Program-made: the position numbers and the translations under genes
The notes under the pieces: model-generated
What the model was told of the DNA's origin: nothing
Seen by the model: the letters and a program-made list of their open reading frames with translations, nothing else
Database searches by the model: none
NCBI GenBank assembly: GCA_963727775.1
Contig: CAVSHB010000001.1
Coordinates: 1,216,001-1,280,000, forward strand
Direction of reading: 5' to 3'
DNA length: 64,000 nucleotides
Source of the DNA: an uncultured Nitrospiraceae bacterium
GTDB taxonomy: Bacteria; Nitrospirota; Thermodesulfovibrionia; Thermodesulfovibrionales; SM23-35
Part shown: positions 48,940 to 59,133 of the stretch, piece after piece
How the letters are laid out: the number at the start of each line of letters is the position of its first letter
Position numbering within the stretch: position 1 is the first letter of the stretch

Positions 48940-50583
48940 ATGAAAAAAGAAGTTGTAAAGATAATTGAAGATTCGCTGAAAAAACTCGGGGTTGAGGCGG
49001 TCCCTGCGATAGAGATCGAAGTTCCGCCGAATGATTCCTTTGGCGATCTGGCTACGCCGGTGGCGATGTCTCTCGCCAAGGTATTGAAAAAAGCTCCTAA
49101 AAGAATTGCGGAAGAGCTTGCAGGTTTAATGAAAGATGAGACTGTTTTCGAGAAGATAGAGATTGCCGGACCCGGGTTCATCAACTTCACGTTCTCAAAG
49201 GAATACCTTTATTCGGAAATAAAAAAAATGATGCAGTACGAAAGCAGTTTTTTTAGGTCAGACATCGGAAAGGGCAGGAGGGTGCAGATTGAGTTTATAA
49301 GCGCAAACCCAACCGGTCCTTTGCATCTCGGGCATGGTAGGGGTGGCGCTATAGGCGAGGCCCTCTCGAATTTACTTAAGGCAGCGGGATATGTTGTCGA
49401 GCGGGAATATTACGTAAACGATGCAGGGAAGCAGGTAAAAATCCTCGGCCTATCTGTATTCGCGCGCTATCAGCAGCTTCTCGGGATTGAGTACCCGTTC
49501 CCTGAAGACGGATATAAGGGTGAGTATATAGAGGACATAGCGAACCGGATAATTAGAGAGCACGGGAAGAAATATATTCAGATGAGCTTTGATGAAGCAG
49601 CGGACTTTTTTATCGATCACTCGTATCAAAAAATATTATCCGGTATAGAAGAAGATCTGAAGGATTTCGGCATAGCCTTTGACACATGGCAGAGTGAAAG
49701 GGAGCTTTTTAAAGCAGGCGAGGTTGAGAAGGCCATGGAGGACCTGAAAATAAAAGGGTTTGTATACGAAAAAGACGGAGCTACATGGTTTAAGGCAACT
49801 GCATTCGGAGATGATAAGGACAGGGTCATCATCAAGCAGGACGGGGAATATACCTACTTTACATCCGATATCGCCTATCACAGGAAGAAGATAGAAAGGA
49901 AATTCGATGAGCTCATCGATATATGGGGCGCGGACCATCACGGCTACATCCCGAGGGTCCAGGCGGTCATCGAGGCCCTCGGTTACCCGAAGGAGAAATT
50001 GAAGGTCGTTCTTGTACAGATGGTCACGTTATTGAGAGGCGGAAAACTTGTCCAGATGTCGAAAAGGGCCGGTGAGTTCGTCACGCTCAGAGAGGTCATG
50101 GATGAGGTCGGCGCGGACACGACAAAATTCATATTCCTCACGAGAAGGCCGGACAGTCACCTCGAATTCGACCTTGAGACCGCGAAGGCCCAGTCGTCGG
50201 AAAACCCGGTATTTTATGTGCAGTATGCGAACGCCCGTATAAACAGCATATTCTCCCATGCAAAGGAGAAAGGAATATCTGTTGATACACTGTACGATTC
50301 GGACTTTACGCTTCTGTCGGAGAATGAGGAAATCAGCATAATCAAGAAGCTCCTTATGTATCCTATGATATTTGAGGGCGCTGCCGATGCCCATGAACCA
50401 CACAGGATCACATTCTACCTTCAGGAGCTCGCGGGGACATTTCATCCTTTCTATAATAGACACCGGGTAGTGCTCGATGATATGGCATTGACCAGGGCGA
50501 GACTTGCGCTATGCGACGCGATAAGGATTGTGCTCCGCCACGGCCTGGAGGTGCTTGGGATAAGCGCTCCGGACAGGATGTGA
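48940..50583 (+). CDS. argS: arginine--tRNA ligase
   Basis: IAGPGFINF, EFISANPTGPLHLGHGRG, WGADHHGY, MSKRAGEF and NPVFYVQYA. Confidence 0.98.
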   Translation: MKKEVVKIIEDSLKKLGVEAVPAIEIEVPPNDSFGDLATPVAMSLAKVLKKAPKRIAEELAGLMKDETVFEKIEIAGPGFINFTFSKEYLYSEIKKMMQYESSFFRSDIGKGRRVQIEFISANPTGPLHLGHGRGGAIGEALSNLLKAAGYVVEREYYVNDAGKQVKILGLSVFARYQQLLGIEYPFPEDGYKGEYIEDIANRIIREHGKKYIQMSFDEAADFFIDHSYQKILSGIEEDLKDFGIAFDTWQSERELFKAGEVEKAMEDLKIKGFVYEKDGATWFKATAFGDDKDRVIIKQDGEYTYFTSDIAYHRKKIERKFDELIDIWGADHHGYIPRVQAVIEALGYPKEKLKVVLVQMVTLLRGGKLVQMSKRAGEFVTLREVMDEVGADTTKFIFLTRRPDSHLEFDLETAKAQSSENPVFYVQYANARINSIFSHAKEKGISVDTLYDSDFTLLSENEEISIIKKLLMYPMIFEGAADAHEPHRITFYLQELAGTFHPFYNRHRVVLDDMALTRARLALCDAIRIVLRHGLEVLGISAPDRM

Positions 50584-50621
50584 TTGACAATATCCATGAT
50601 ATCCTGTTATAAATAACAACT

Positions 50622-51536
50622 ATGTTAAAGAAAACCGAAAAGATATGGATGGACGGCAAACTTGTGAATTGGGATGACGCCAATGTGCATGTCCTTACCC
50701 ATACCTTGCATTATGGGCTCGGTGTGTTTGAAGGTATAAGATGTTATGAAACCGGGAAAGGCCCGGCGATCTTCAGGCTTGATGAGCATGTCGACAGGCT
50801 CTTCAGTTCAGCCCATATCTTTATGATGGAAATCCCCTATTCAAAAAAAGAGATCAGAGATGCGATAATCAAGACAGTAAAAGTTAACAGGATAAAGGAA
50901 TGCTACATTAGGCCTCTGGTTTATATAGGGTATGGCGCAATGGGTCTGTATCCGAAAGAGAACCCGATTAATGTGTCTATCGCTGCATGGCCGTGGGGGG
51001 CCTATCTCGGAGATAAAGGGCTGACCGACGGTATCAGGATTAAAACTTCGTCTTTCATAAGGAACCATGTGAATGCGAACATGACGCGGGGGAAGGTCTG
51101 CGGGTACTATGTGAATTCACAGCTTGCCAAGAATGAGGCCATCTCATGCGGATACGATGAGGCGCTGCTGCTCGACACTGAAGGATATGTGTCCGAAGGT
51201 AGCGGCGAGAACGTATTTATTGTGAGAAACGGCCTGTTAAAGACCACGCCATTGACCTCCATACTCGAAGGTATAACGAGGAGCAGCATTTTGAAAATCG
51301 CTGGTGATGAAAAGATAAGGGTGGTTGAAGAAAGGTTTACACGAGACGAACTGTATATTGCTGATGAGGCATTTTTTACCGGCACCGCTGCAGAGGTGAC
51401 TCCTATCAGAGAGTCTGATGGGAGAGTTGTTGGGAAGGGAAAGCCGGGTGAAATAACCCAAAAACTGCAATCGATATTTTTTAATATTGTGAAGGGTAAG
51501 AATAAAAGATTTGAATCTTGGCTGACGAGGATCTGA
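50622..51536 (+). CDS. ilvE: branched-chain amino acid aminotransferase
   Basis: [35 protein letters not shown] and GTAAEVTPI. Confidence 0.96.
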   Translation: MLKKTEKIWMDGKLVNWDDANVHVLTHTLHYGLGVFEGIRCYETGKGPAIFRLDEHVDRLFSSAHIFMMEIPYSKKEIRDAIIKTVKVNRIKECYIRPLVYIGYGAMGLYPKENPINVSIAAWPWGAYLGDKGLTDGIRIKTSSFIRNHVNANMTRGKVCGYYVNSQLAKNEAISCGYDEALLLDTEGYVSEGSGENVFIVRNGLLKTTPLTSILEGITRSSILKIAGDEKIRVVEERFTRDELYIADEAFFTGTAAEVTPIRESDGRVVGKGKPGEITQKLQSIFFNIVKGKNKRFESWLTRI

Positions 51537-51548
51537 CTTTTAAAATGC

Positions 51549-51585
51549 AAAAGGGGTGCGCATTTTAACTGCGCACCCCTTTTTT
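51549..51585. terminator. bidirectional rho-independent terminator
   Basis: AAAAGGGGTGCGCA-ttttaac-TGCGCACCCCTTTT(TT) between convergent ilvE and cytochrome genes. Confidence 0.9.
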
Positions 51586-51599
51586 GATTATTACTCCTA

Positions 51600-51962
51600 T
51601 TATTTCTTTTCTTCTTTCTTTACTTCTTCCTTTTTATGGCACTTTCCGCAGTCTGATTCTGAGGATTGAGAGAATACTACCTTGCCATTATGGTCTTTCC
51701 CGTCATGACATTTTCCGCAGTAATCGGGTTTCCCGTGGTCTTCTTTTGTCATCTTGAATGAACCTTTTTTCATTCCAAAAGGTTTCGGATGGCAGTCATT
51801 ACATTTCATCCCCTGCTTGGCGCTGTGCGTGTCTCCACTGAATACGACTTTGCCATTGTCTCCACCGGCGTATTCTATCGTTTTGCCCGGACCTACTGCC
51901 ATAGCGCTGCCGACAAACGCGAGAGCTACGAACAGACTAATTATCAAAGTTGCAATCTTCAC
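51600..51962 (-). CDS. periplasmic trihaem cytochrome c (c7-type)
   Basis: Signal peptide; CNDCH, CGKCH and CGKCH; VVFSGDTH. Confidence 0.88.
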   Translation of the reverse strand: MKIATLIISLFVALAFVGSAMAVGPGKTIEYAGGDNGKVVFSGDTHSAKQGMKCNDCHPKPFGMKKGSFKMTKEDHGKPDYCGKCHDGKDHNGKVVFSQSSESDCGKCHKKEEVKKEEKK

Positions 51963-52109
51963 TATATATCACCCCCTTTCATAAAAAATCTCAGACTCTT
52001 GAGAGTCTGTTACAAATTCCATGCCATACGGTTTAAGCACAACCTATAAAGATTTTACTACAAACAGGTCTCCTCAAAAAGGGAGATATTCTTTATTTAG
52101 GAAAATTAT

Positions 52110-53363
52110 CTATTGATAAACCATCGAGGCTATCTTTGCAGTAAGGTCTCCGAGCATATTAGTATAACTTCCGAGTTCGTTGTCGTACCATCCATAGATA
52201 CTCGCCTGTGTAATAGGGATTTCCATGTTTTGAGGGAGTTGTTTCACGAGTTCGGCGGGCATTCCGGAAAACTTTGAAAGGTCGAGAGTGGCAAAGGCCG
52301 TCCTCGTGTGAGTTTCGTGTCCTTCAATGATAGTGGCCGGACCGAAGTGGCCTACAATGTCTGAGGACACATTCTGCTCATCGGTATATTTAATATAACC
52401 TCTTTTTTCTTTTTGCTCGGCCTTGCGGTAAATATCGTTGATAAGCGTCCTGTTGATTGCAGGGCCTCCGACTTCATCGGAAAAGGTCACTACCAAAATA
52501 ATAAGAGAGCCTGAGGAGGTCGGGATACGCACTGATTCGGCGCTGAAGCCGATCTGGTTCATTTCGGGTATCACAAGGCCGAGGGTTTTGGCGGCCCCTG
52601 TGGTAGTCAGAATAATATTGTTCATGATGCTTCTGTTTTTGCGCAGGTCGGTTGCGCCTGACGTCGGCAGCCTGTCAAGCACCTCCTGGGTACCGGTCGC
52701 GGCATGGACAGTGGCCATGGATGCGTTGAGTATCTTCTTCGCGCTGAAGTAATCCAGTAGCGGTTTAATCATATAGGCGAGACAGGTGGTTGTGCAGGAA
52801 GCGGCTGAAATAATGTGATGTTTGGCATTTTCATAGGTGTCGTCATTGATACCTATTACGGTAGTCGTTGCATCCTCAGGAACAGCAAGGCCTTTTTCTT
52901 TTATCTTAAATGGCGCAGAGACAATGACCTTTTCGGATCCTGCTTCAATATGTCCTCTGACAGAGCCTTCTTTGGCATCCGGCGGGACTGTAGGGTCTTT
53001 AAACTTCCCTGTTGCTTCAACCACCACTTTAACGTTATTATTCTTCCAGGCGATATTCCTCGGGTTCCGCGATTCTCTCAGGATAGTAACCGGTATCCCA
53101 TCGATGAGCATTGTACCCTTATCTTCATTGACGTTCTTGATTACCCTTGCCGCTTTATATCCGTGAAGATATTGGTGCAGTGACCCATATGTAGAATCTT
53201 TTTCAATATACAGAGCGACATCCTCAAGCTTTGTCCCTGCTTTTCTGCCTATATTAACGACAATCTCCGAAAAATATTTTCTGCCTATATGGTTCCATAG
53301 TGTCAGCTTGCCGATTCTTCCAAGACCGTTGATGCCCAGGACAGGTTTTTTTTCAGAGATCAT
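52110..53363 (-). CDS. gap: glyceraldehyde-3-phosphate dehydrogenase, atypical long form
   Basis: GINGLGRIG, DSTYG, ASCTTTCL, TVHAATGTQ, TTTGAAK and WYDNE. Confidence 0.9.
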   Translation of the reverse strand: MISEKKPVLGINGLGRIGKLTLWNHIGRKYFSEIVVNIGRKAGTKLEDVALYIEKDSTYGSLHQYLHGYKAARVIKNVNEDKGTMLIDGIPVTILRESRNPRNIAWKNNNVKVVVEATGKFKDPTVPPDAKEGSVRGHIEAGSEKVIVSAPFKIKEKGLAVPEDATTTVIGINDDTYENAKHHIISAASCTTTCLAYMIKPLLDYFSAKKILNASMATVHAATGTQEVLDRLPTSGATDLRKNRSIMNNIILTTTGAAKTLGLVIPEMNQIGFSAESVRIPTSSGSLIILVVTFSDEVGGPAINRTLINDIYRKAEQKEKRGYIKYTDEQNVSSDIVGHFGPATIIEGHETHTRTAFATLDLSKFSGMPAELVKQLPQNMEIPITQASIYGWYDNELGSYTNMLGDLTAKIASMVYQ

Positions 53364-53467
53364 TATTTTCCACCTTCCATATTTTTATTTGTTCATTTTT
53401 AAATGACTCCATGCCCGAAGCCGATACCGTTAAAATCATATCACACTATTATAGCACTACAAAAGTT

Positions 53468-56400
53468 CTATAAGTTGGTACCTGTTTCAGCCCTTATCTC
53501 TTTTACCTGATGTTTGCCTGAATAAACAGAGCCGTTCCGTCCGTCGATGCTCAGGAAATCGCCTACCTTAATGACGCGGTTATTCACCATACACTTTTTT
53601 TCATTCTCCCAGACAACTAAATTATTGCAAGCCACAATGCAGGTTTTCCCCAGCCGGTTGGCAATAATTGAGGCGTGAGATGTTGACCCGCCCCGGGCGG
53701 TCAATAATCCGTCAGTCTCCGAAATATGTCTGATGTCATCCGGGACAGTATCAGACCTGATCAATATAAGGGGCGTAGACGGGTCTTTTTCCCTGAGTTC
53801 CTGTATTTCATCCAGATCAAATACGGCCCTGCCGCTCAATGCGCCGCCGCCGACGCCGATTCCACGTGAAAGGTAGCTGGCAGAGAGTTTCTTTGAGGGC
53901 AGAAATGCCATGAAACTCTCTTTTCTTGTGACAGCCATGTCCCGTGTCTGCAGTATGTACAGGTTTTCGCTGCTCCTGCCTTCGAAAGTGAATTCAATCT
54001 CCTGGGCGCCCCACCTCTCCTGATAAATCAGGTCCTTGCTTATTTTGAGCAATGCGGTATAGATTTCCGGAAAATTGTCCTCGAATGAGATTTCGTTTGT
54101 CCTGTCCTCAAAAGGCTTCTGCTCGTTTGATATGGGTAATGTTCTTACAAGTCCTGATACGATATCTTCACCTTGCGCGCTTGTCGCGAAATCACCCCAT
54201 AGCATGATCCTGTCTCCTGACTCTTGGGGGTTACGCGTAAAAAGTACGCCGGTACCTGAATTCGTATCAAGATTGCCGTAGGCCATCGCCTGTACAATCA
54301 CCGCCGTGCCCCAGTTCTCGGACAGACCCAATATCTCACGATACGCCTGCGCCTTATTTGAATACCATGAGTTAAATACCTGTTCTATAGCCTTATGCAG
54401 CTGGGACCTGGGGTCATCTGTAATTTCTATGCCGTTCAATTTAATAGTCTCCCGGTATGCCAATGCAAGGTCTCTCATCTGCTGCGGAGCAAAATGAATT
54501 TTCTTTAAGACCTTGTGTCTGGACTTGAACGAATTCATGATGTCATCAAATTTGTCTCTTTCCATGCCGTACGACATCCCCCAGCACTGTAAAAAACGGC
54601 GGTAACAATCCCATACAAACCACGGCTTGTGGGTCCGTCTTATTAATCCATTACAGATGGATTCGTTTATGCCGACGTTCAGAAAAGAGATCATCATTCC
54701 CGGCATGGAAATAGCGCCACCGCTTCTTACGGATACAATCAACGGATTTTCAGGATCACCAAAGACTTTTCCGGTCTGTTTTTCGAGCGTGGTAAGCTGT
54801 TCCCTGATCTCTTCTTCGAGATGTTCCCCGGCGTATCTGAACCTGTTGATAGCCTTCTCACAGCGGAACACTTCAGTAGTAATAATAAAACCCGGCGGGA
54901 CGGGTATCCCGAGGGTCGCAAGTTTTATGAGGTTATATCCCTTATTCCCAAGATGGATCCTGTCTTTCGTGGCACTGTTCGGGATATGAATACCGGACAG
55001 TGCTTTCTTCGGATCATAGCTCATCAGCAGATCCAGGTTCTGCACATCAAGACCCTCTGCCTGTTCAAAGAGCGTTTTTAATATCCTGCTTATAAAAACG
55101 TCCAATTGCTGGAGCCCGAATGAAGCCGCAACTACCTCCCTCAAAAATTGTTCGGATATCTTGTTGATAAATTCAGATTCATTCTGTTCGTGATCTGTCT
55201 GAAGATATTTTGAGAGTATATTTTCAGCGCCGAGCTGAGAGATTATATGCTTCAGGTTGTTCTTGAAGATGCCGCTGTAATGCGTATTGAGAATATCCTG
55301 TACGGCCTCGGAGAATCCCCCAAATATGTCTATATACTGAGAAAAGGAAAATCTTCTTACCTCCAAAGCTACGGATAATAGTTCCAGCGCGTTTTCCAGT
55401 TTGTTTGAAGATATACCGTCAAGCTGCAAGGCCCTGAAAAAAAGATTGACATACTTTTCGATCTGGAACAGGGTGGCCCTTGTAATAAATTTGAGGTTGA
55501 TTGAATTAATGAGTTCTTCGAAAAGGATATTCGCCAGGTTTTCCAGTCGAAATGTTACCGCCATAGCATCAAATTTTCTCTCATGATATTTACCGTACAT
55601 CGATTGAATGCCGGCGGCAATATGTCTTTTATGGTAGATATTTTCAACCGCCTCGTATTTTTCGGATGACAGGATGATATCTCTCAAGAGCTCCAGGTAG
55701 CTCAGGACGCCTTCAAGACGCTGTGAAACGTTCCCTTCTTCTAATACGGATATCAGCGCGTCTGTATTTGGAAGCCCAAGGCTCTGGATATATCTTAAGT
55801 GATACTTGATATCCTGAGGGTCCATTTTATATTTTTTAGTGAGCAGCTGATAGAATTTGACCGAGAGCTCCGCGCGTTTCCTTTCCCTTTCAGAGATATC
55901 AGGCATGCCCCGGGTAAATTCGAGGATCTCTTCATCCGAAAGGCGGAGAAGGTCTTTTACGTCGGAAATTCCTTTATTGAGAAATATATCATTGAAGATG
56001 ATATACAGCTCATCGATATATGCTCCTGAAGTCTTGATCCGCTGATAAACATCCCCAGGCAGGAATTCCTTCAACGGCGTCTTGTCCTTTGTCCGCCAGA
56101 AGTGTATGACTGCCTCGATAAAATCAACTACACGGGCGCTGCTTTCGACATGGCTCTGCTTCCGCAGAAAATGCACGAGGATATCCGCCCTGTGAGTTGA
56201 TTCATCGATTTCGGTAGAGACTTCTCTTAGCGGGCCTTCAGCCCCGATCTCGCTGAAATAAGCGGGGAACAACTTTGCCATCTGTTTAATGAGGTGATAG
56301 ACGGGTCTGACGTCGCTGTTCAGGAGTTCCGTTATATCTTTCTGGAAAAGATCAGTGTCGTTGATATGTACGCCGCATAATCGCAGATGGATGATTAAGG

Positions 56401-57631
56401 CCGAGATGAGTGATTTGGACCACTTGGGATTGTTCTCTATTAAATCAAGCCAGGTACGGATATTTTTAAGGTGGGAGCGATTTGACCTGACCTGCCATTC
56501 GTCGGTTACCCCGCATATCCCCGGATGATGGAACCCGAGAGAGATGATATTTTGCAGATACCACTCAACAAGACCGCTGTTACCTTTATTGTATATTTCA
56601 TTGCCGATAACCTGGACGCAATATAAGGCCGTATCTGCATACATGTTAAAATTAATTTTCAGCATGCCGAGTATCCCGGAAAGTACGCTCTTTATCTGCT
56701 CGGGCTTTTCGATCTTCACAATTACGGAGATCGTTCGGTTGATTTCTCTGAGCGTATTCTCATGTATACCCGAAAGTCCCTTGGTCTCCATGATCATCAG
56801 GAGATAAGCAATCTTCAGGTTAAGGTCATTAAGCGCGGTTCCTGTTATCGCCAGCATGCCTGCAAGTTCTTCATAGAATTTCACTAATTGCATATAACCG
56901 GGCAGTCTTAAGATTTCTTTTAACCGCTCGTAACGGTCTGTGGATTTCCCGACATTGTTGAGTTGAACGACCAATTCATTCAGATGCGCGTGTGAAACGG
57001 GATAGCACAGTTTTTCGAGCTCTCCGAGCTTATTTGCGTTTATCAAGAGATTTGCAGTTTGTTTTAGCCGCAGGAACGGATCTTCTTCCTGAATCCAGTA
57101 TTCATATGTTGCAGATAGGTATCTGACAAGCAGGTTATTGAACATGTCAAGGTCAAAGTGCGACGGGGTTTTCCCAAGGACAATCTGTCCCAGCTTTTTC
57201 AGTTGATGGGGGTTCGTGACAAGCAGGAAAAACTGCTTGTCCGGCAGCTGATAAAGTCTTGCAAAACACTCGTCAAATACAGTTTCATATTTCCGCAGAT
57301 CGCCGTTGCCGTCTATGAGTATTTTTTCGATGTAGAATATAATGCCTTCAACAGCCGACTGCTGCACGCTGTAGTCGGGATTGTTTATCGCTTTTAGAAA
57401 TATATCCAGGATAGTCCTGATGACCTCTATACCTTTTTCGTGGTGGTCATGGACATAGAAATTCTTGAGGGCATACGTCCTTGTCTCTTTTACGATAAAA
57501 CCCCAATCCTGAGGATGGTGGTCCAACTCGCGTAAAAGCGGTTCAACGGCGCTGACAATGCCGGGGTAGTCTTTAACTACCTCCCGCAGGATTTCATATT
57601 CTGATGCTGCAGCTTTTGTATCCGAAGACAT
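53468..57631 (-). CDS. giant PEP-utilising dikinase-like protein, paralog of 6360-10748
   Basis: LGNKGYNL, PVPPGFIITTE, PLIVSVRSGGAISMPGMM, QAMAYGN, QGEDIVSG, YILQTR and GGSTSHASI; no C-terminal pyruvate-binding barrel; start 57631 (RBS AAGGA) or 57664. Confidence 0.87.
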   Translation of the reverse strand: MSSDTKAAASEYEILREVVKDYPGIVSAVEPLLRELDHHPQDWGFIVKETRTYALKNFYVHDHHEKGIEVIRTILDIFLKAINNPDYSVQQSAVEGIIFYIEKILIDGNGDLRKYETVFDECFARLYQLPDKQFFLLVTNPHQLKKLGQIVLGKTPSHFDLDMFNNLLVRYLSATYEYWIQEEDPFLRLKQTANLLINANKLGELEKLCYPVSHAHLNELVVQLNNVGKSTDRYERLKEILRLPGYMQLVKFYEELAGMLAITGTALNDLNLKIAYLLMIMETKGLSGIHENTLREINRTISVIVKIEKPEQIKSVLSGILGMLKINFNMYADTALYCVQVIGNEIYNKGNSGLVEWYLQNIISLGFHHPGICGVTDEWQVRSNRSHLKNIRTWLDLIENNPKWSKSLISALIIHLRLCGVHINDTDLFQKDITELLNSDVRPVYHLIKQMAKLFPAYFSEIGAEGPLREVSTEIDESTHRADILVHFLRKQSHVESSARVVDFIEAVIHFWRTKDKTPLKEFLPGDVYQRIKTSGAYIDELYIIFNDIFLNKGISDVKDLLRLSDEEILEFTRGMPDISERERKRAELSVKFYQLLTKKYKMDPQDIKYHLRYIQSLGLPNTDALISVLEEGNVSQRLEGVLSYLELLRDIILSSEKYEAVENIYHKRHIAAGIQSMYGKYHERKFDAMAVTFRLENLANILFEELINSINLKFITRATLFQIEKYVNLFFRALQLDGISSNKLENALELLSVALEVRRFSFSQYIDIFGGFSEAVQDILNTHYSGIFKNNLKHIISQLGAENILSKYLQTDHEQNESEFINKISEQFLREVVAASFGLQQLDVFISRILKTLFEQAEGLDVQNLDLLMSYDPKKALSGIHIPNSATKDRIHLGNKGYNLIKLATLGIPVPPGFIITTEVFRCEKAINRFRYAGEHLEEEIREQLTTLEKQTGKVFGDPENPLIVSVRSGGAISMPGMMISFLNVGINESICNGLIRRTHKPWFVWDCYRRFLQCWGMSYGMERDKFDDIMNSFKSRHKVLKKIHFAPQQMRDLALAYRETIKLNGIEITDDPRSQLHKAIEQVFNSWYSNKAQAYREILGLSENWGTAVIVQAMAYGNLDTNSGTGVLFTRNPQESGDRIMLWGDFATSAQGEDIVSGLVRTLPISNEQKPFEDRTNEISFEDNFPEIYTALLKISKDLIYQERWGAQEIEFTFEGRSSENLYILQTRDMAVTRKESFMAFLPSKKLSASYLSRGIGVGGGALSGRAVFDLDEIQELREKDPSTPLILIRSDTVPDDIRHISETDGLLTARGGSTSHASIIANRLGKTCIVACNNLVVWENEKKCMVNNRVIKVGDFLSIDGRNGSVYSGKHQVKEIRAETGTNL

Positions 57632-57713
57632 TTTAGATTCCTTAATCATTATATAATAGAACATGGCGTTTTTTACATTATTTCAAATGCTGTAAAAAGG
57701 CAGTATAGCCGAA

Positions 57714-58349
57714 ATGAAAGTCTGTGAAGTTTTTACGAGTATACAGGGAGAGTCAAGTTATGCCGGTTTGCCGTGTACGTTTGTTAGGCTGACGGGCTGC
57801 AATCTCAGGTGTTCTTACTGCGATACGCGATATGCATACGATGAAGGCAGCGAGCTTTCGGCGGAAGATATTATGAGGGAAGTACGGATGAGAGGCGTTG
57901 ACCTTGTGGAGATTACCGGAGGTGAGCCGCTGCTCCAGCCGGAAGTTTATCGTCTTATAGGAGAGCTGATAAAGGACGGTTTTACCGTATTGGTAGAGAC
58001 GAACGGGTCAATGAACATCAGCGGTATTGACGCTAAGGCTGTTGTTATCCTCGATATGAAGACGCCCGGCAGCGGTATGCATGAGAAGATGGACTTATCG
58101 AATCTTGACGAGATAAAACGTATTGATGAGGTAAAGTTTGTGATCACGAGCCGGCAGGATTATGAATGGACAATAAAAATAATGAATCAATATGAATTAT
58201 CCAACAAATGCAGTGTCCTCCTGTCTCCTGCATGCGGTATTTTATCCGCGGCGAAACTTGCCCGGTGGATGATCGAGGATAGGCTTAAGGCCAGACTAAA
58301 TCTTCAGCTCCACAAAATCATTTTCGGTGCCGAAATGAGAAGGGTGTAA
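57714..58349 (+). CDS. queE: 7-carboxy-7-deazaguanine synthase (radical SAM)
   Basis: EVFTSIQGE, FVRLTGCNLRCSYCDT, ITGGEPLLQ, ETNG and LQLHK. Confidence 0.92.
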   Translation: MKVCEVFTSIQGESSYAGLPCTFVRLTGCNLRCSYCDTRYAYDEGSELSAEDIMREVRMRGVDLVEITGGEPLLQPEVYRLIGELIKDGFTVLVETNGSMNISGIDAKAVVILDMKTPGSGMHEKMDLSNLDEIKRIDEVKFVITSRQDYEWTIKIMNQYELSNKCSVLLSPACGILSAAKLARWMIEDRLKARLNLQLHKIIFGAEMRRV

Positions 58350-58446
58350 GACTCCCTGGATACGCCCGGGAGGCTACGGAAAAGCCTTTAATAAAGACCG
58401 CGTTAGAGCATTGTAGACGAATAAAGTCGATGAAATAGATTTGACT

Positions 58447-59058
58447 TTATTTCTTAGCCGTTGCCCATATATTCATGAAAAGTTCAAAGTACCCGAGACG
58501 TATTTTCTTTTTTGAAAAGTCTGCCTTTTGAAGCAGTGCCGAAATTTTTGCGTGACTGTATGCATCCTTATGTTCTTCGATTTCAATAGGGCTGACCAAT
58601 CTCAATTTGGCAATGAACCTCAGCAGCATATCGGTCCATCCCGCCGGTGTTGTCATAATAAATATTCCACCTTTGCTTAAGACCCTGTGAATTTCCCCTA
58701 TCGCTTCGGGGAGTCTTCCCGGTTCAATATGTTCAAAAACCGCGAGCATGGTCACTACGTCAAAATATTCGCTGGAGAAGGGGAGCGTATTTTCTTTTTC
58801 TATGTCGTAATTTAGAAGAGTAACGTCCTGGCCATAAATCCGGTTGTCAGAAACTTCCGCCATGACTTTATCAAAACCATACTTGTAAGAAAACTCTGTG
58901 TTCAGCAGGAAAAATGGGTATGCGCCGCAGCCTATATCCAAGATTCTTCCCTTTCTATGGGCGGCATCTATGAGTCTGTTGGCCATTCTGCATCTCTGCT
59001 TTGCCAAGAAACCCTCTAAAATACCATAACCCCTTGTTCCCTCTGGCTGGAATTCCAT
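58447..59058 (-). CDS. class I SAM-dependent methyltransferase
   Basis: ILDIGCG, LPF...FDVV.MLAVFEH and EIHRVLSKGG. Confidence 0.9.
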   Translation of the reverse strand: MEFQPEGTRGYGILEGFLAKQRCRMANRLIDAAHRKGRILDIGCGAYPFFLLNTEFSYKYGFDKVMAEVSDNRIYGQDVTLLNYDIEKENTLPFSSEYFDVVTMLAVFEHIEPGRLPEAIGEIHRVLSKGGIFIMTTPAGWTDMLLRFIAKLRLVSPIEIEEHKDAYSHAKISALLQKADFSKKKIRLGYFELFMNIWATAKK

Positions 59059-59133
59059 ACTCTTCCCGCTTTTTCCTCAATTAATTTTGCAAAATCTTCC
59101 GTAAATGAGCAAGCTTAATTCGACGACGCAATA

